DNA of 64,000 bases from Candidatus Poribacteria bacterium (GTDB lineage Bacteria; Poribacteria; WGA-4E; PCPOR2b): contig OZ220744.1 in NCBI GenBank assembly GCA_965116925.1, forward strand, positions 2,688,001-2,752,000, in the 5' to 3' direction. The notes under the pieces are model-generated. The model was not told where the DNA came from and made no database searches. It was given only the letters and a program-made list of their open reading frames with translations. Both the position numbers and the translations under genes were made by a program. Of the stretch, positions 49,906 to 59,428 are shown one piece after another. The first letter of the stretch is position 1; each line of letters begins with the position of its first letter.

Positions 49906-50106
49906 CTCCGCCCCCTTTAAGTTGTCCACTATGGTAGATTTTAGAATTAATGAGACACTCCAAATCGGCGCAGTTGCAAACAGCGCCTACCAAACAAGAG
50001 ACCGGTAGGTGCGGTTTGCAACCGCACCGGGCATCGTTCGGAAATTACCCAATTAATAAATTAATCTTCATGAGTGTGCCTGCTACTTTGAATGTCCAAG
50101 CCCTAT

Positions 50107-50700
50107 CTAGATACATCTCATGAACTCCGTCCGTGTCGAGATTTTATCTCGAAACTCGCCGAGCATCACGTTGGTCATGGTTTGTGAATGCTGCTTCTGT
50201 ACGCCGCGAACCATCATGCACAGATGCTGTGCTTCCATGACAACAGCGACCCCAGCGGGATTCAAAACGTCCTGTAACGCTTCCGCAATCTGCTTCGTCA
50301 GTCTCTCTTGTACCTGCAAACGGCGGGCGAACATATCCACAATCCGTGGAATTTTACTAAGCCCAATGATTTTTTTGCGAGGGATATACCCAACATGACA
50401 CTTGCCGAAAAATGGTAGCAGATGGTGTTCACACAGGCTATAACACTCAATGTCTTTGACGATAACCATTTCGTCGTACTCTTCGTTGAAGATAGCATCA
50501 TTCACAACGTCTTCGACATTCTGGTTGTATCCCTGCGTCAAGAACTGGAGGGCTTTCGCTGCGCGTTGCGGTGTTTTGATGATGCCTTCCCTCGTTGGTT
50601 CTTCGCCAATACTCTCCAACATCTGCGTGTAGATGTATTCAAGTTTCGGATCAGCGGCAGCTGTTCCGTTGTCAATTGAATCTGCGTGGTAAATTTTCAT
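50107..50700 (-). CDS. folE: GTP cyclohydrolase I
   Basis: [34 protein letters not shown]. Confidence 0.97.
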   Translation of the reverse strand: MKIYHADSIDNGTAAADPKLEYIYTQMLESIGEEPTREGIIKTPQRAAKALQFLTQGYNQNVEDVVNDAIFNEEYDEMVIVKDIECYSLCEHHLLPFFGKCHVGYIPRKKIIGLSKIPRIVDMFARRLQVQERLTKQIAEALQDVLNPAGVAVVMEAQHLCMMVRGVQKQHSQTMTNVMLGEFRDKISTRTEFMRCI

Positions 50701-50703
50701 CAA

Positions 50704-51537
50704 CTAAATTCCGTCTCCGTAGTAATCAAAGTGATTCTTCGGGGTTTCTCTCAATCGAAGCCGATGTAGCTGAATCGGCTTCAGATTCGGTTCAATAACC
50801 TCCCAGAGCACCTTCACAAAGTTTTCTGAAGTTGGATTGAGGTTCTCAAACTCAGGTGTGTCTAGGTTAAGATGCTTATGATCAAATCGGCCGTAGAGCT
50901 GCTTCTGCATTGTTTCATCAAGATCCTCTAAATCTGCAACCATTCCGGTTCTTGGGTCCACCTCACCTTTTATGGTCACTTCAAGTACATAGTTGTGCCC
51001 GTGCCCGTAAAAATTGTTACACTTGCCGAAGATTTCTTCGTTTTCCGCATCGCTAAGTTGTGGGCTGTGCAATCGGTGTGATGCGCTGAATTCGTAAACT
51101 TTCGTGAGATAGACCATTTGCCCTTCTCCATAATAGTCAGCAAATAGGGTTGAATCCTCATACAATCTGACCCGATGTAAGTTTGTCCCTTTTAGATGCG
51201 GTTCAATCGCAGACCAAATCTGAATCGCTAAATTCTCACTTGTCGGTTGCAGGTGTGGGCTATTCGCGAAGGTGGGGTGTTGTACGTTGATATGCTTATG
51301 ATCATAATAGGCAACAACCTCTTCCTTGAGAACCTTGTCCAGATCCGTGATATTGATGACCATCCCGTGTTCGGGATTAAGCCTACCTTTGACTGTCGCC
51401 TCTAGAACATAGTTATGTCCGTGACTATTTGGATTGGCGGTCACTCCAAATAGGGCGTAATTTTCCGCATCGCTGAGGTCAGGAATACGATAGTAGTGTG
51501 AGGCTTCAAAAGCGATTTGGCGTGTAAGGTAGTGCAC
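50704..51537 (-). CDS. Tandem-domain 6-pyruvoyl-tetrahydropterin synthase (PTPS/QueD family)
   Basis: Two F.ASH..HGHNY..DHKH.N..PTSEN domains; the second has CNNFYGHGH (CX5HGH). Confidence 0.9.
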   Translation of the reverse strand: MHYLTRQIAFEASHYYRIPDLSDAENYALFGVTANPNSHGHNYVLEATVKGRLNPEHGMVINITDLDKVLKEEVVAYYDHKHINVQHPTFANSPHLQPTSENLAIQIWSAIEPHLKGTNLHRVRLYEDSTLFADYYGEGQMVYLTKVYEFSASHRLHSPQLSDAENEEIFGKCNNFYGHGHNYVLEVTIKGEVDPRTGMVADLEDLDETMQKQLYGRFDHKHLNLDTPEFENLNPTSENFVKVLWEVIEPNLKPIQLHRLRLRETPKNHFDYYGDGI

Positions 51538-51598
51538 GATGACATTCCTTCTCCATGAAACAAGATGCGTTACTCTGCCATCACATTATTGATCTCAA

Positions 51599-51877
51599 TC
51601 ACAACCTAGCAACCGTATTATCTACCGTTTCGAGCTGCACACGCATGACCCACTCCCCACCGCCACGAAAATGCACATGCCGCTTCTTCAGCCATTCTAC
51701 GAGCGTGTCTCGATCCGGTGCTTCCCATTCGCAGACCATTCGACCAAGGACTGTATCACACTGTACTTTCAAGCTCTTGACGCCGTCGCTTTCATCATCA
51801 ATAAATCGTTTGGCGAGCCTTTCTACGTCTTGTCGTGTCATGCAGGCGATGATATGAGCAGAAACAAATTTGGGCAT
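51599..51877 (-). CDS. DUF4242-like small protein
   Basis: MPKF..H, G..CEWEAPD pattern; GGAG RBS. Confidence 0.6.
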   Translation of the reverse strand: MPKFVSAHIIACMTRQDVERLAKRFIDDESDGVKSLKVQCDTVLGRMVCEWEAPDRDTLVEWLKKRHVHFRGGGEWVMRVQLETVDNTVARL

Positions 51878-52020
51878 ATTTGAACTCCAATTATGAGATA
51901 AGGAATAAGGTTCATGTCAAAAGACAGTGCAAGACGATTAGAACGTGAAACGTGATGCGTGAAACGTGAAAGTAATTTGTTCATTGGTTCATTAATGCTC
52001 TAGTGAATTTATAGTAGATT

Positions 52021-53097
52021 TTAGAATTCACTATAGTCGAGCAATTCCTGACAGTTCCAATCCTGAAAATGAGTGTATCGGAGTTTGAATCGGAACACGC
52101 TTTGCCAGCCGATCGGAGGGAAGAGGGTCGCAATCACCGAGAGCCGGTAGTCGTGGACACAGTCTTCCCAGCTATACCCTAAAACTCCTCCATCGACGAG
52201 ACCATCGTAATAGTAGCGCAACAGATCCTTCTCGATTTCATGCCGTTGCGGTGAGGAATCGCCTCCAACTAAGTAACAGAGATCATAGGGACCCATACCG
52301 CGTTTATAGGTTTCCCAATCACCAAAATACAGTCCATCTGTTTCCGGGTTTTTAGGATAGAAGAGATTCCAATGATGCAGGTCACCGTGTAGAAGTGTCA
52401 AAGCTTTGTTATCTTTGATCCGCTCAGAATACAACCGTTCCCAGCCGTTGACAGCGTGATGTACAAAATCGAATGCTTCCTGTGGCAATTCGTCTTGAGC
52501 TGTGTCTGAAAATTGGGGAAGCAGCTCGTCTCTCCAGTGTTCACAATAGGTTCGTATGATTTCGGGGGTTGCAGCATCTGCCATGCGGAGCGGGCCCCCA
52601 CGCCCTCGCAGAAAATCGGCTTGTGAAATTCGCGGGTGCTCCCACCATTGCGTATGGAACTTCAGCAGTTCATCAATAATCTGCTTGTAGAGCGCGACGC
52701 TGAATCTTCCTTCCACTTTGGGCGGGGATTCGGTGTGCGTCACAGAGGCATCTTCAAAGATAAAATAGCATTGACGGGCGTCTCGGTCATAATCGAAGTC
52801 GTAACATCGGAAGACCGGCGGGTCGGGCATTTGGGCGACAATTTCGTTGAAGAATACCGATTCAGCAACGCCACCCCCAAACCAACCGTCCCGATAATTT
52901 TTGAAGATTAGATCAGTATGTGGACGATGCTCCAATTCAGTGGAATAGGCCACTTTCAACCGTGTGAAAAAGGCGGCGGTTGATTCAAATGTCTCACCGA
53001 TTTGCACGTCAGTTACAGCGTGTTGTGAAAGGTGCCCGTTCTGTTGCAACCGACCCGTCAGCCATTGTGGTGTGATCTGTTCGGCACAGGTAATCAA
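52021..53097 (-). CDS. APH/ecdysteroid-kinase-like phosphotransferase
   Basis: ITPQWLT, LLHGDLH.WN, FGDWE, DL.Y. Confidence 0.8.
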   Translation of the reverse strand: MITCAEQITPQWLTGRLQQNGHLSQHAVTDVQIGETFESTAAFFTRLKVAYSTELEHRPHTDLIFKNYRDGWFGGGVAESVFFNEIVAQMPDPPVFRCYDFDYDRDARQCYFIFEDASVTHTESPPKVEGRFSVALYKQIIDELLKFHTQWWEHPRISQADFLRGRGGPLRMADAATPEIIRTYCEHWRDELLPQFSDTAQDELPQEAFDFVHHAVNGWERLYSERIKDNKALTLLHGDLHHWNLFYPKNPETDGLYFGDWETYKRGMGPYDLCYLVGGDSSPQRHEIEKDLLRYYYDGLVDGGVLGYSWEDCVHDYRLSVIATLFPPIGWQSVFRFKLRYTHFQDWNCQELLDYSEF

Positions 53098-53126
53098 TTG
53101 ATTCTTTACCTCTTTGTGAGTTTGAG

Positions 53127-53158
53127 GAGTAGGGAACGCAGATCTGCGTTCCCTACTC
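53127..53158. repeat. Perfect 32-bp palindrome (REP-type, possible terminator)
   Basis: GAGTAGGGAACGCAGATCTGCGTTCCCTACTC. Confidence 0.85.
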
Positions 53159-53176
53159 GCTTGGTATCACTATCGA

Positions 53177-54025
53177 CTACCCTTTTGCGATAGGTGCACC
53201 GACAAGGTTACCCCATTCTGTCCAGCTACCGTCGTAGTTGCGGACCTTTTCGTAACCTAAGAGGTACTTGAGCGCGAACCATGTGTGCGAGGAACGTTCT
53301 CCAATACGGCAGTAAGCGACCGTCTCTTTATCTGGATCCACGCCTGCGCCTTCGTAGATCTCCTTCAACTCGTCGTAGGATTTGAAGGTGCCGTCGTCCG
53401 CCACTGCGGTTGCCCACGGTATATTCGCTGCGCCCGGAATGCGTCCCGGACGTTGTGCCGTTTCGGGCAACCCTGGGGGCGCGATAATCTCGCCGGTGAA
53501 CTCCGCCGGTGAACGCACATCTACAAGGTTGACCACTCCCTGCTCTAGTGTCGGCAGGACGTGATCTTTTGTTGCCCGCACGTTGTCATCGGGGAATTTC
53601 GCTTTGTAGTCGGTGGCAGCAGGTGAAGACGTATCCGTAACTAAATCGCGCCCCTCGTCGATCCATTTTTGGCGTCCGCCGTCCATCACCTTTAGCTTGC
53701 TTTCGTCATGCCCATAGTAGCGGAATTGCCACAGCGCATAGGTGGCGAACCAATTGTTATTGTCGCCGTAGAAGATAACGGTGGTATCGTTGCTGATGCC
53801 GTTATCTTGGCACAACTCTTCAAACTGCTCTTTTGTTAAGATGTCGCGCCGCACTTGGTCACATAGTTGGGTCTGCCAGTTAAGCCCGACAGCGCCGCTG
53901 ATGTGTCCTTCGTCGTAAGCCGCTGTATCCACATCGACCTCTACCAAACGGATGCCAGCGTCGCTGCCGTGCTGGGCGACCCAGTCGGTGGTTACTAATA
54001 CTTCAGGATGAGCATAATCTGCCAT
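53177..54025 (-). CDS. Two-domain rhodanese/thiosulfate sulfurtransferase
   Basis: GHI.GA, YCRIGERSS, YDGSWTEWG. Confidence 0.95.
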   Translation of the reverse strand: MADYAHPEVLVTTDWVAQHGSDAGIRLVEVDVDTAAYDEGHISGAVGLNWQTQLCDQVRRDILTKEQFEELCQDNGISNDTTVIFYGDNNNWFATYALWQFRYYGHDESKLKVMDGGRQKWIDEGRDLVTDTSSPAATDYKAKFPDDNVRATKDHVLPTLEQGVVNLVDVRSPAEFTGEIIAPPGLPETAQRPGRIPGAANIPWATAVADDGTFKSYDELKEIYEGAGVDPDKETVAYCRIGERSSHTWFALKYLLGYEKVRNYDGSWTEWGNLVGAPIAKG

Positions 54026-54238
54026 AACAAAAAACCTCCTGCTTTAATTTGAAAATTGATATATTCTGCTGTCTGAGTGGGAGATACAGTTGATGCCCCA
54101 CCTATTCTTTACTTAGGAATCGTAGCATATTTTTGTAAGAAATACAAGTTTTTTGATAAGAGGTGCGGTATGAACGGTGACAAGAAGGTGCAAGATCGAG
54201 GAAACAAGGGCTTGACGGCAGGATTTGGTTAGGGCGCA

Positions 54239-54341
54239 TTGACATTTCTGCGAGGTGCCTTCATCATTTGTTGATGAGCACGCCATCGTAGGGGCGAGGT
54301 TTCCTCGCCCAACGGGTTGGGGAACCCAACCCCTACGGATT
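54239..54341 (+). repeat. REP-doublet-containing repeat, direct copy at 55675-55777
   Basis: Core 54281-54341 vs 55717-55777 has 1 mismatch in 61 bp. Confidence 0.85.
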
Positions 54342-54460
54342 CAGGCTTAGTCTATTAGGCGTCGAGATGTGAATCTCGACCTACACAAGCACTTATATAC
54401 CTGTATCAGAATCTTCCGATCCGATGCCCAATGACCACAGATCCGCTTGCATGCTTCATA

Positions 54461-55306
54461 CTAAGGCTTTGGTTTTGTCCGAAACGTCATCCGGAAATCT
54501 GAGGTCCAACAGCAGCGATCCTGAACAACAATGTGAATGATGTATACGGTATCGAATTCCAGTAACGGGGCTCCCTCGGCGGGCATTATCTGTGTCTCTT
54601 TTCCGATGTTCTCGCCCTCAACTAGATCGCGAGGTAACCAACGGAGGGACGCGCCCTTATGATCGTAGAGGTCAATCTCATACTTTATGATATTCCTATC
54701 CCATCCAAAGCGAATTCCGTTTGCGTTGAGCGGTCCAGGGTCGATGTCAGCGGCTCCGTCTTGGACGTCGCCCCATACTAGTGTCGGCGGGTCTATATCA
54801 AGCCGAAAGCGTTCACCTGATGGCACAACGGGTGGTCGTTCTTGCATCACGGGCTCTGGTTCCTCAACCGTAGGTCTCTGCGGTCCTGTCCGAAACTGTA
54901 TCACTGTCTCTACGACATCGCAGTCGGAATTTGGAGTGTATATCGTAATCTCGTAGTCGGTGTCGTATTCCAACGGATCGCGGGAATCCATGCGCTCTAT
55001 AACCACAACTTTTGTTTCCTTGCACCTGTGAGCATAGGGGGAATTCCAAGTCAGGCGCTTACCGTGCTTCTTATCGTAGACAGAAACCGAATGGTCATAG
55101 ACAGGTTCCTTAAATACGAATCGAAATCCGCTGAGATTCAATGGTTCAGGATTAACATTAACCTCTCCGTGTTTTACGGTGCCCTCTGCGATCAATTTCG
55201 GCTGAGGGAGGGCTTCATCTTTCACCACTGGCTCCTCAACCACAGACGTTTCGGTGTCGCAGCCGAGAATCAGAAGTGCGAACATCATTAGAGCGAGTTT
55301 TTTCAT
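54461..55306 (-). CDS. Lipoprotein with two internally repeated Ig-like domains
   Basis: ILGC lipobox; G.V..G...P.PLN..G.RF...LE.DT.Y.I...FRT x2. Confidence 0.7.
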   Translation of the reverse strand: MKKLALMMFALLILGCDTETSVVEEPVVKDEALPQPKLIAEGTVKHGEVNVNPEPLNLSGFRFVFKEPVYDHSVSVYDKKHGKRLTWNSPYAHRCKETKVVVIERMDSRDPLEYDTDYEITIYTPNSDCDVVETVIQFRTGPQRPTVEEPEPVMQERPPVVPSGERFRLDIDPPTLVWGDVQDGAADIDPGPLNANGIRFGWDRNIIKYEIDLYDHKGASLRWLPRDLVEGENIGKETQIMPAEGAPLLEFDTVYIIHIVVQDRCCWTSDFRMTFRTKPKP

Positions 55307-55789
55307 GTGATACCTCATGCAGTATAATGCGTAATACGTGATGCGTAAGAGGAAACGGAACGGAGATCTCCGTTCCCTACGAGGGATCAGGTTAAAGCGG
55401 GGGCGTCTCAAATAGTTAATTGCAACTCACTTGGATTTACTTCAGAAAAAAGCGGGGATGCTTCCCAGAGCGGTGAGGTAGAGGATCTGAGGCGTTGTCG
55501 GGGCAGTCGATTGTAGGAGATGCTGATCGGAGCGACAGGGCCACTGGGGAGTAGAGGATGTTGGGTTTCACTATAAGATGATTATACGGCGGGATTGTTG
55601 AGAAGCAGAATTGCTATTGTCGTTGATAGGGATTTGTTTGTATCCGTTCAACCCAACCTACGTGCTGCGGCGTGTTGACATTTATGTGGGGTGTGTTCGC
55701 TACTCGTCGATGCGTGCGCCATCGTAGGGGCGAGGTTTCCTCGCCCAATGGGTTGGGGAACCCAACCCCTACGGATTTGGCAACTTGAG

Positions 55790-57856
55790 TTATGCTATGC
55801 TGAGAAAAAGATTGCCACCTTCGTCCACACGGACACGAACCCAAGGTTCGATCCAGATGGTTGTGTCCGGCTGTTCGATGACGGCGGGTCCGGAGAACTC
55901 GCTTCCCCACGGGAGCAGTGAGCGGTCATAGATGGGGCATGATACAAACCTATCTTCCACGTAGACGGGTCTGACACCCTTCTGTGCGTCTTGCAGGGTA
56001 GTTTTGGGATTGGGGATAAAGTCTTTCAGGGACAGGTCTGGGCGCATACCAATCACAGCGGTTCGGAGATTTAACAGGCGGATCGGGATGCTCTCCAGCA
56101 GCGTTTCTAATCCGCTAAATGTCTCGTCGACCTGCCCGTACTGCCGGAGATATGCACGACGAAAGCTCTCCGCGATGACGTGGGGAGATACGGGTCCCGC
56201 CGGTAGGGGTGTCCGTATGACATGGGTTTGCCCTTCATAGGAGATCTCTGCTTCCCGCACAACAGTTACCTGTGTCAGGGGAATCTGCTCGCTCTCAATT
56301 AGCTTTTCTCCCTGTGCAAGGTGTTCAGCAAAGATTTTTTCTGCTTCGGTGGGGTCGAGTTCAGAGAGACGGCGGTTGATCATGGTAACAAAATCGTGCT
56401 GGAGATCGGCGATAACACACCCCCAAGCGGAGGCGATGCCGGGATAGTAGGGGACAAGTGCTTGTGACACACCAAGTTCTCGTAGGAGGAAGCTGACCAT
56501 CAATGGTCCGCCGCCGCCGAAGGAGAAGAGGACAAAATCTCGTGGATCATGGCCACGGTCGATGGAGATGCGCCGAATACTACCGGCGATTCGGTTATTT
56601 GCAATGGTGAGGATTGCTAGTGCCGCTTCTTCTAGGGATAGACCGAGCGGTTTGCCAACTTTCTCGGTGAGAACAGACCGGGCTGTATCAAGGTCAAACG
56701 AAAAATCTGCTGCTCTGGCAATGGGGTAGTCCGGGTTGATTCGTCCGAGAATCACGTTTGCATCGGTGACGGTGGGTTCGGTGCCGCCCAGTCCGTAGCA
56801 GACGGGACCGGGATCAGCACCTGCGCTTTCGGGTCCCACTTGGAGCAGACCGCCTTCGTCAATTCGGGCGATGCTGCCGCCGCCTGCGCCGATGGTATGA
56901 ATATCAATCATCGACACCATGATCGGGATGCCGAACTCCGGTTCGATCCCGTTTGACACGACCGGCTTGCCCTCTGTTACTAGGGATACATCGAGACTCG
57001 TGCCACCCATATCGTAACCGATCAGGTTCTGAAAACCGCTTTCTGCGGCGATCTTGGTGGCAGCGATGACCCCAGCTGCGGGACCCGATAGGATGGTGTT
57101 TACTGAGAAGTCCTGAGCAGCTTCCACCGACATCATCCCACCGTTCGACTGCATAATGAGAAGATTCCCGTTGTAACCGCGTTCTTCCAAGCGGCCTTCA
57201 AGGCGATCCAAGTAGCGGCTTACTATCGGCTGAACGTAGGCGTTCACCGTAGCGGTGCTGGTGCGTTCAAATTCACGAAAGAGTGGGAGAATATCTGCGG
57301 AAGCGACAATATAAACATTAGGGAAGTGCCTTTCGAGGAGGGTTTTGGCACTGCGCTCGTTAGTGGGATTGATGTAAGCGTTCAGGAAACTGATGACGAT
57401 GGCTTCGACATGGTCCACAAGCAGTTCTTCAGCAGCCTCGATTACCTCAGCTTCCGCTAGTGGGACAAGAATTTCGCCTTCTGCCGAGACACGTTCGGAG
57501 ACCTCTTTACGTCGATCTCGTGGCACTAGCGGTTCATAAGATCCAGTGAGGCCGTAAAGGTGCGGTCGATCGCGACGCCTCAGCTCCAGAATATCCCGGA
57601 AACCACGCGTTGCGATCAGACCGCAGCGTACACCTTTGCGCTCCAAGATGGCGTTGGTCGCCACAGTGGTGCCGTGAATGACCAGTTCGATGTCAGGATA
57701 GGAAACCTCAAGCGTGTCTAAGCCAGCAATTAAGCCGATAGATGGCTCGTGTGGCGTGGTTGAAGCCTTTCCAATCTGTAGCCGTTTTTGGTTTTCATCT
57801 AAGACAACAATATCGGTGAAAGTACCGCCGATATCCACACCAACAAGTTTTCCCAT
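55790..57856 (-). CDS. Hydantoinase A/5-oxoprolinase subunit
   Basis: DIGGTFTD, HGTTVATN, REFER, SGPAAG, DMGGTS, IGAGGGS, SAGADPGP, PTVTDA. Confidence 0.93.
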   Translation of the reverse strand: MGKLVGVDIGGTFTDIVVLDENQKRLQIGKASTTPHEPSIGLIAGLDTLEVSYPDIELVIHGTTVATNAILERKGVRCGLIATRGFRDILELRRRDRPHLYGLTGSYEPLVPRDRRKEVSERVSAEGEILVPLAEAEVIEAAEELLVDHVEAIVISFLNAYINPTNERSAKTLLERHFPNVYIVASADILPLFREFERTSTATVNAYVQPIVSRYLDRLEGRLEERGYNGNLLIMQSNGGMMSVEAAQDFSVNTILSGPAAGVIAATKIAAESGFQNLIGYDMGGTSLDVSLVTEGKPVVSNGIEPEFGIPIMVSMIDIHTIGAGGGSIARIDEGGLLQVGPESAGADPGPVCYGLGGTEPTVTDANVILGRINPDYPIARAADFSFDLDTARSVLTEKVGKPLGLSLEEAALAILTIANNRIAGSIRRISIDRGHDPRDFVLFSFGGGGPLMVSFLLRELGVSQALVPYYPGIASAWGCVIADLQHDFVTMINRRLSELDPTEAEKIFAEHLAQGEKLIESEQIPLTQVTVVREAEISYEGQTHVIRTPLPAGPVSPHVIAESFRRAYLRQYGQVDETFSGLETLLESIPIRLLNLRTAVIGMRPDLSLKDFIPNPKTTLQDAQKGVRPVYVEDRFVSCPIYDRSLLPWGSEFSGPAVIEQPDTTIWIEPWVRVRVDEGGNLFLSIA

Positions 57857-57927
57857 AAAATTGTCGCAGGTCTCTGTGCAGAGAACACTTCCCTCCTTCT
57901 ATAACGCTGTTTTGCACATAAAGTTTT

Positions 57928-58058
57928 TGCTCATGTTAAGATTTAGTGCAAAAAAACCGAATGTTCGTAGGGGTTGGGTCCCCCAACCCTTACAGCGGGC
58001 GGGAGACCCCGCCCCTACGATTTCGCTTCGTGTTTTGCACTTTCTTTTTACATGAGCC
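57928..58058 (-). mobile_element. 131-bp MITE with REP doublet and 8-bp target-site duplication
   Basis: Inverted copy of 46229-46360, flanked on both sides by AAAGTTTT. Confidence 0.85.
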
Positions 58059-58175
58059 AAAGTTTTTGGTTAGTAGGGAACAACGGTCGTTGTTCCCTAC
58101 AACTTGCGTTATAGTAACATCTGAAATGTCTGCCGTCAAGTATCAAAGAGTCAACTACTCAACCTTGATTTTATT

Positions 58176-59228
58176 TCATTCGTTGTCGTCAACGGCAGGA
58201 TCAGTTTCCGACAATGAAGCGGTGCCAGATGGGGGATGAATACCAAGATTGGCACGAATTTTAGTACTGATCTCGGCGGCGATTTCAGGGTGTTCCACTA
58301 GGAAATCTTTGGCGTTGTTCTTACCCTGTCCGAGTCGTTCATCGTTATAGGAGAACCAAGGACCACTTTTCTGAACAATTCCCGCTTCCACACCGACATC
58401 CAAGATCTCCCCGATTTTACAGATGCCTTCGCCAAAAATAACGTCGAATTCAGCTTGGCGGAATGGCGGAGCGACCTTGTTTTTGGCGACTTTCACACGG
58501 ATGCGGTTTCCAACTATCTCGTCGCCATCTTTCAGACGATCTGCTCTGCGTATCTCCAACCGAACCGAGGCGTGAAATTTGAGTGCTAATCCACCGGGTG
58601 TCGTTTCTGGATTGCCAAACATAACGCCAATCTTCTGCCGGATCTGATTGGTGAAGATGACAGAGGCTTTGGACTTGTTGGTGACGCTGGACAGTTTACG
58701 CAAGGCTTTAGACATTAAACGCGGCAACAGTCCAACGTGGGCGTCCTCCATACTGCCCTCAATCTCTGCATGAGGGGTGAGTGCTGCAACAGAATCGACA
58801 ACCACAACGTCAACAGCCCCGCTACGAATTAAGGTCTCAACAATATCTAGTGCTTGTTCCCCGGTATCAGGTTGGGAGATTAAGACGTTTTCCATATTCA
58901 CGCCAATCTGTTTGGCATACATCGGGTCTAGCGCGTGCTCGACATCGACAAACGCTGCGACACCTCCCTGCTTCTGTGCCTCTGCGATGATGTGAAGTGC
59001 AAGTGTGGTTTTACCACTCGCTTCGTGACCAAAGATTTCAACAATTCGCCCGCGGGGAACACCGCCGACCCCTAGCGCAATATCTAACGCTATTGAGCCT
59101 GTCGGGACGACCGCAACAGGAATTACCTCGTCACTATCTAGCCGCATAATCGAGCCTTTACCGTGCTGCCGCTCAATTTGAGAAACTGCGAGATCTATCG
59201 CTTTCTGCTTATCTGTACTCAGTTCCAT
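58176..59228 (-). CDS. recA: Recombinase RecA
   Basis: [47 protein letters not shown]. Confidence 0.99.
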   Translation of the reverse strand: MELSTDKQKAIDLAVSQIERQHGKGSIMRLDSDEVIPVAVVPTGSIALDIALGVGGVPRGRIVEIFGHEASGKTTLALHIIAEAQKQGGVAAFVDVEHALDPMYAKQIGVNMENVLISQPDTGEQALDIVETLIRSGAVDVVVVDSVAALTPHAEIEGSMEDAHVGLLPRLMSKALRKLSSVTNKSKASVIFTNQIRQKIGVMFGNPETTPGGLALKFHASVRLEIRRADRLKDGDEIVGNRIRVKVAKNKVAPPFRQAEFDVIFGEGICKIGEILDVGVEAGIVQKSGPWFSYNDERLGQGKNNAKDFLVEHPEIAAEISTKIRANLGIHPPSGTASLSETDPAVDDNE

Positions 59229-59428
59229 GTTGATAATTCTCCTTGTTATGAATTAGGATTGTTTTGGCAAGTTAATTATAACATAACATTTGTTAAAAAC
59301 CAACAAAAAAAGGGGCTTATGTAAAAAGAAAGTACAGAGAGCGCAGAAACACCGAGTGTTTATCGTATCGGGGGGGTGTAGGGGGGCAAGATGCCCCGCC
59401 TATGATGGGTGTGGAGTGATGTTGTCTC

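Noticed and set aside
50704..51537. Queuosine or 7-deazaguanine DNA-modification cluster (folE+queD)
   Set aside because: No queC, queE, queF or dpdA nearby, and the motif is CX5HGH rather than CX3HGH
54026..54140. SAM or other riboswitch in the sulfurtransferase leader
   Set aside because: No recognisable conserved aptamer core
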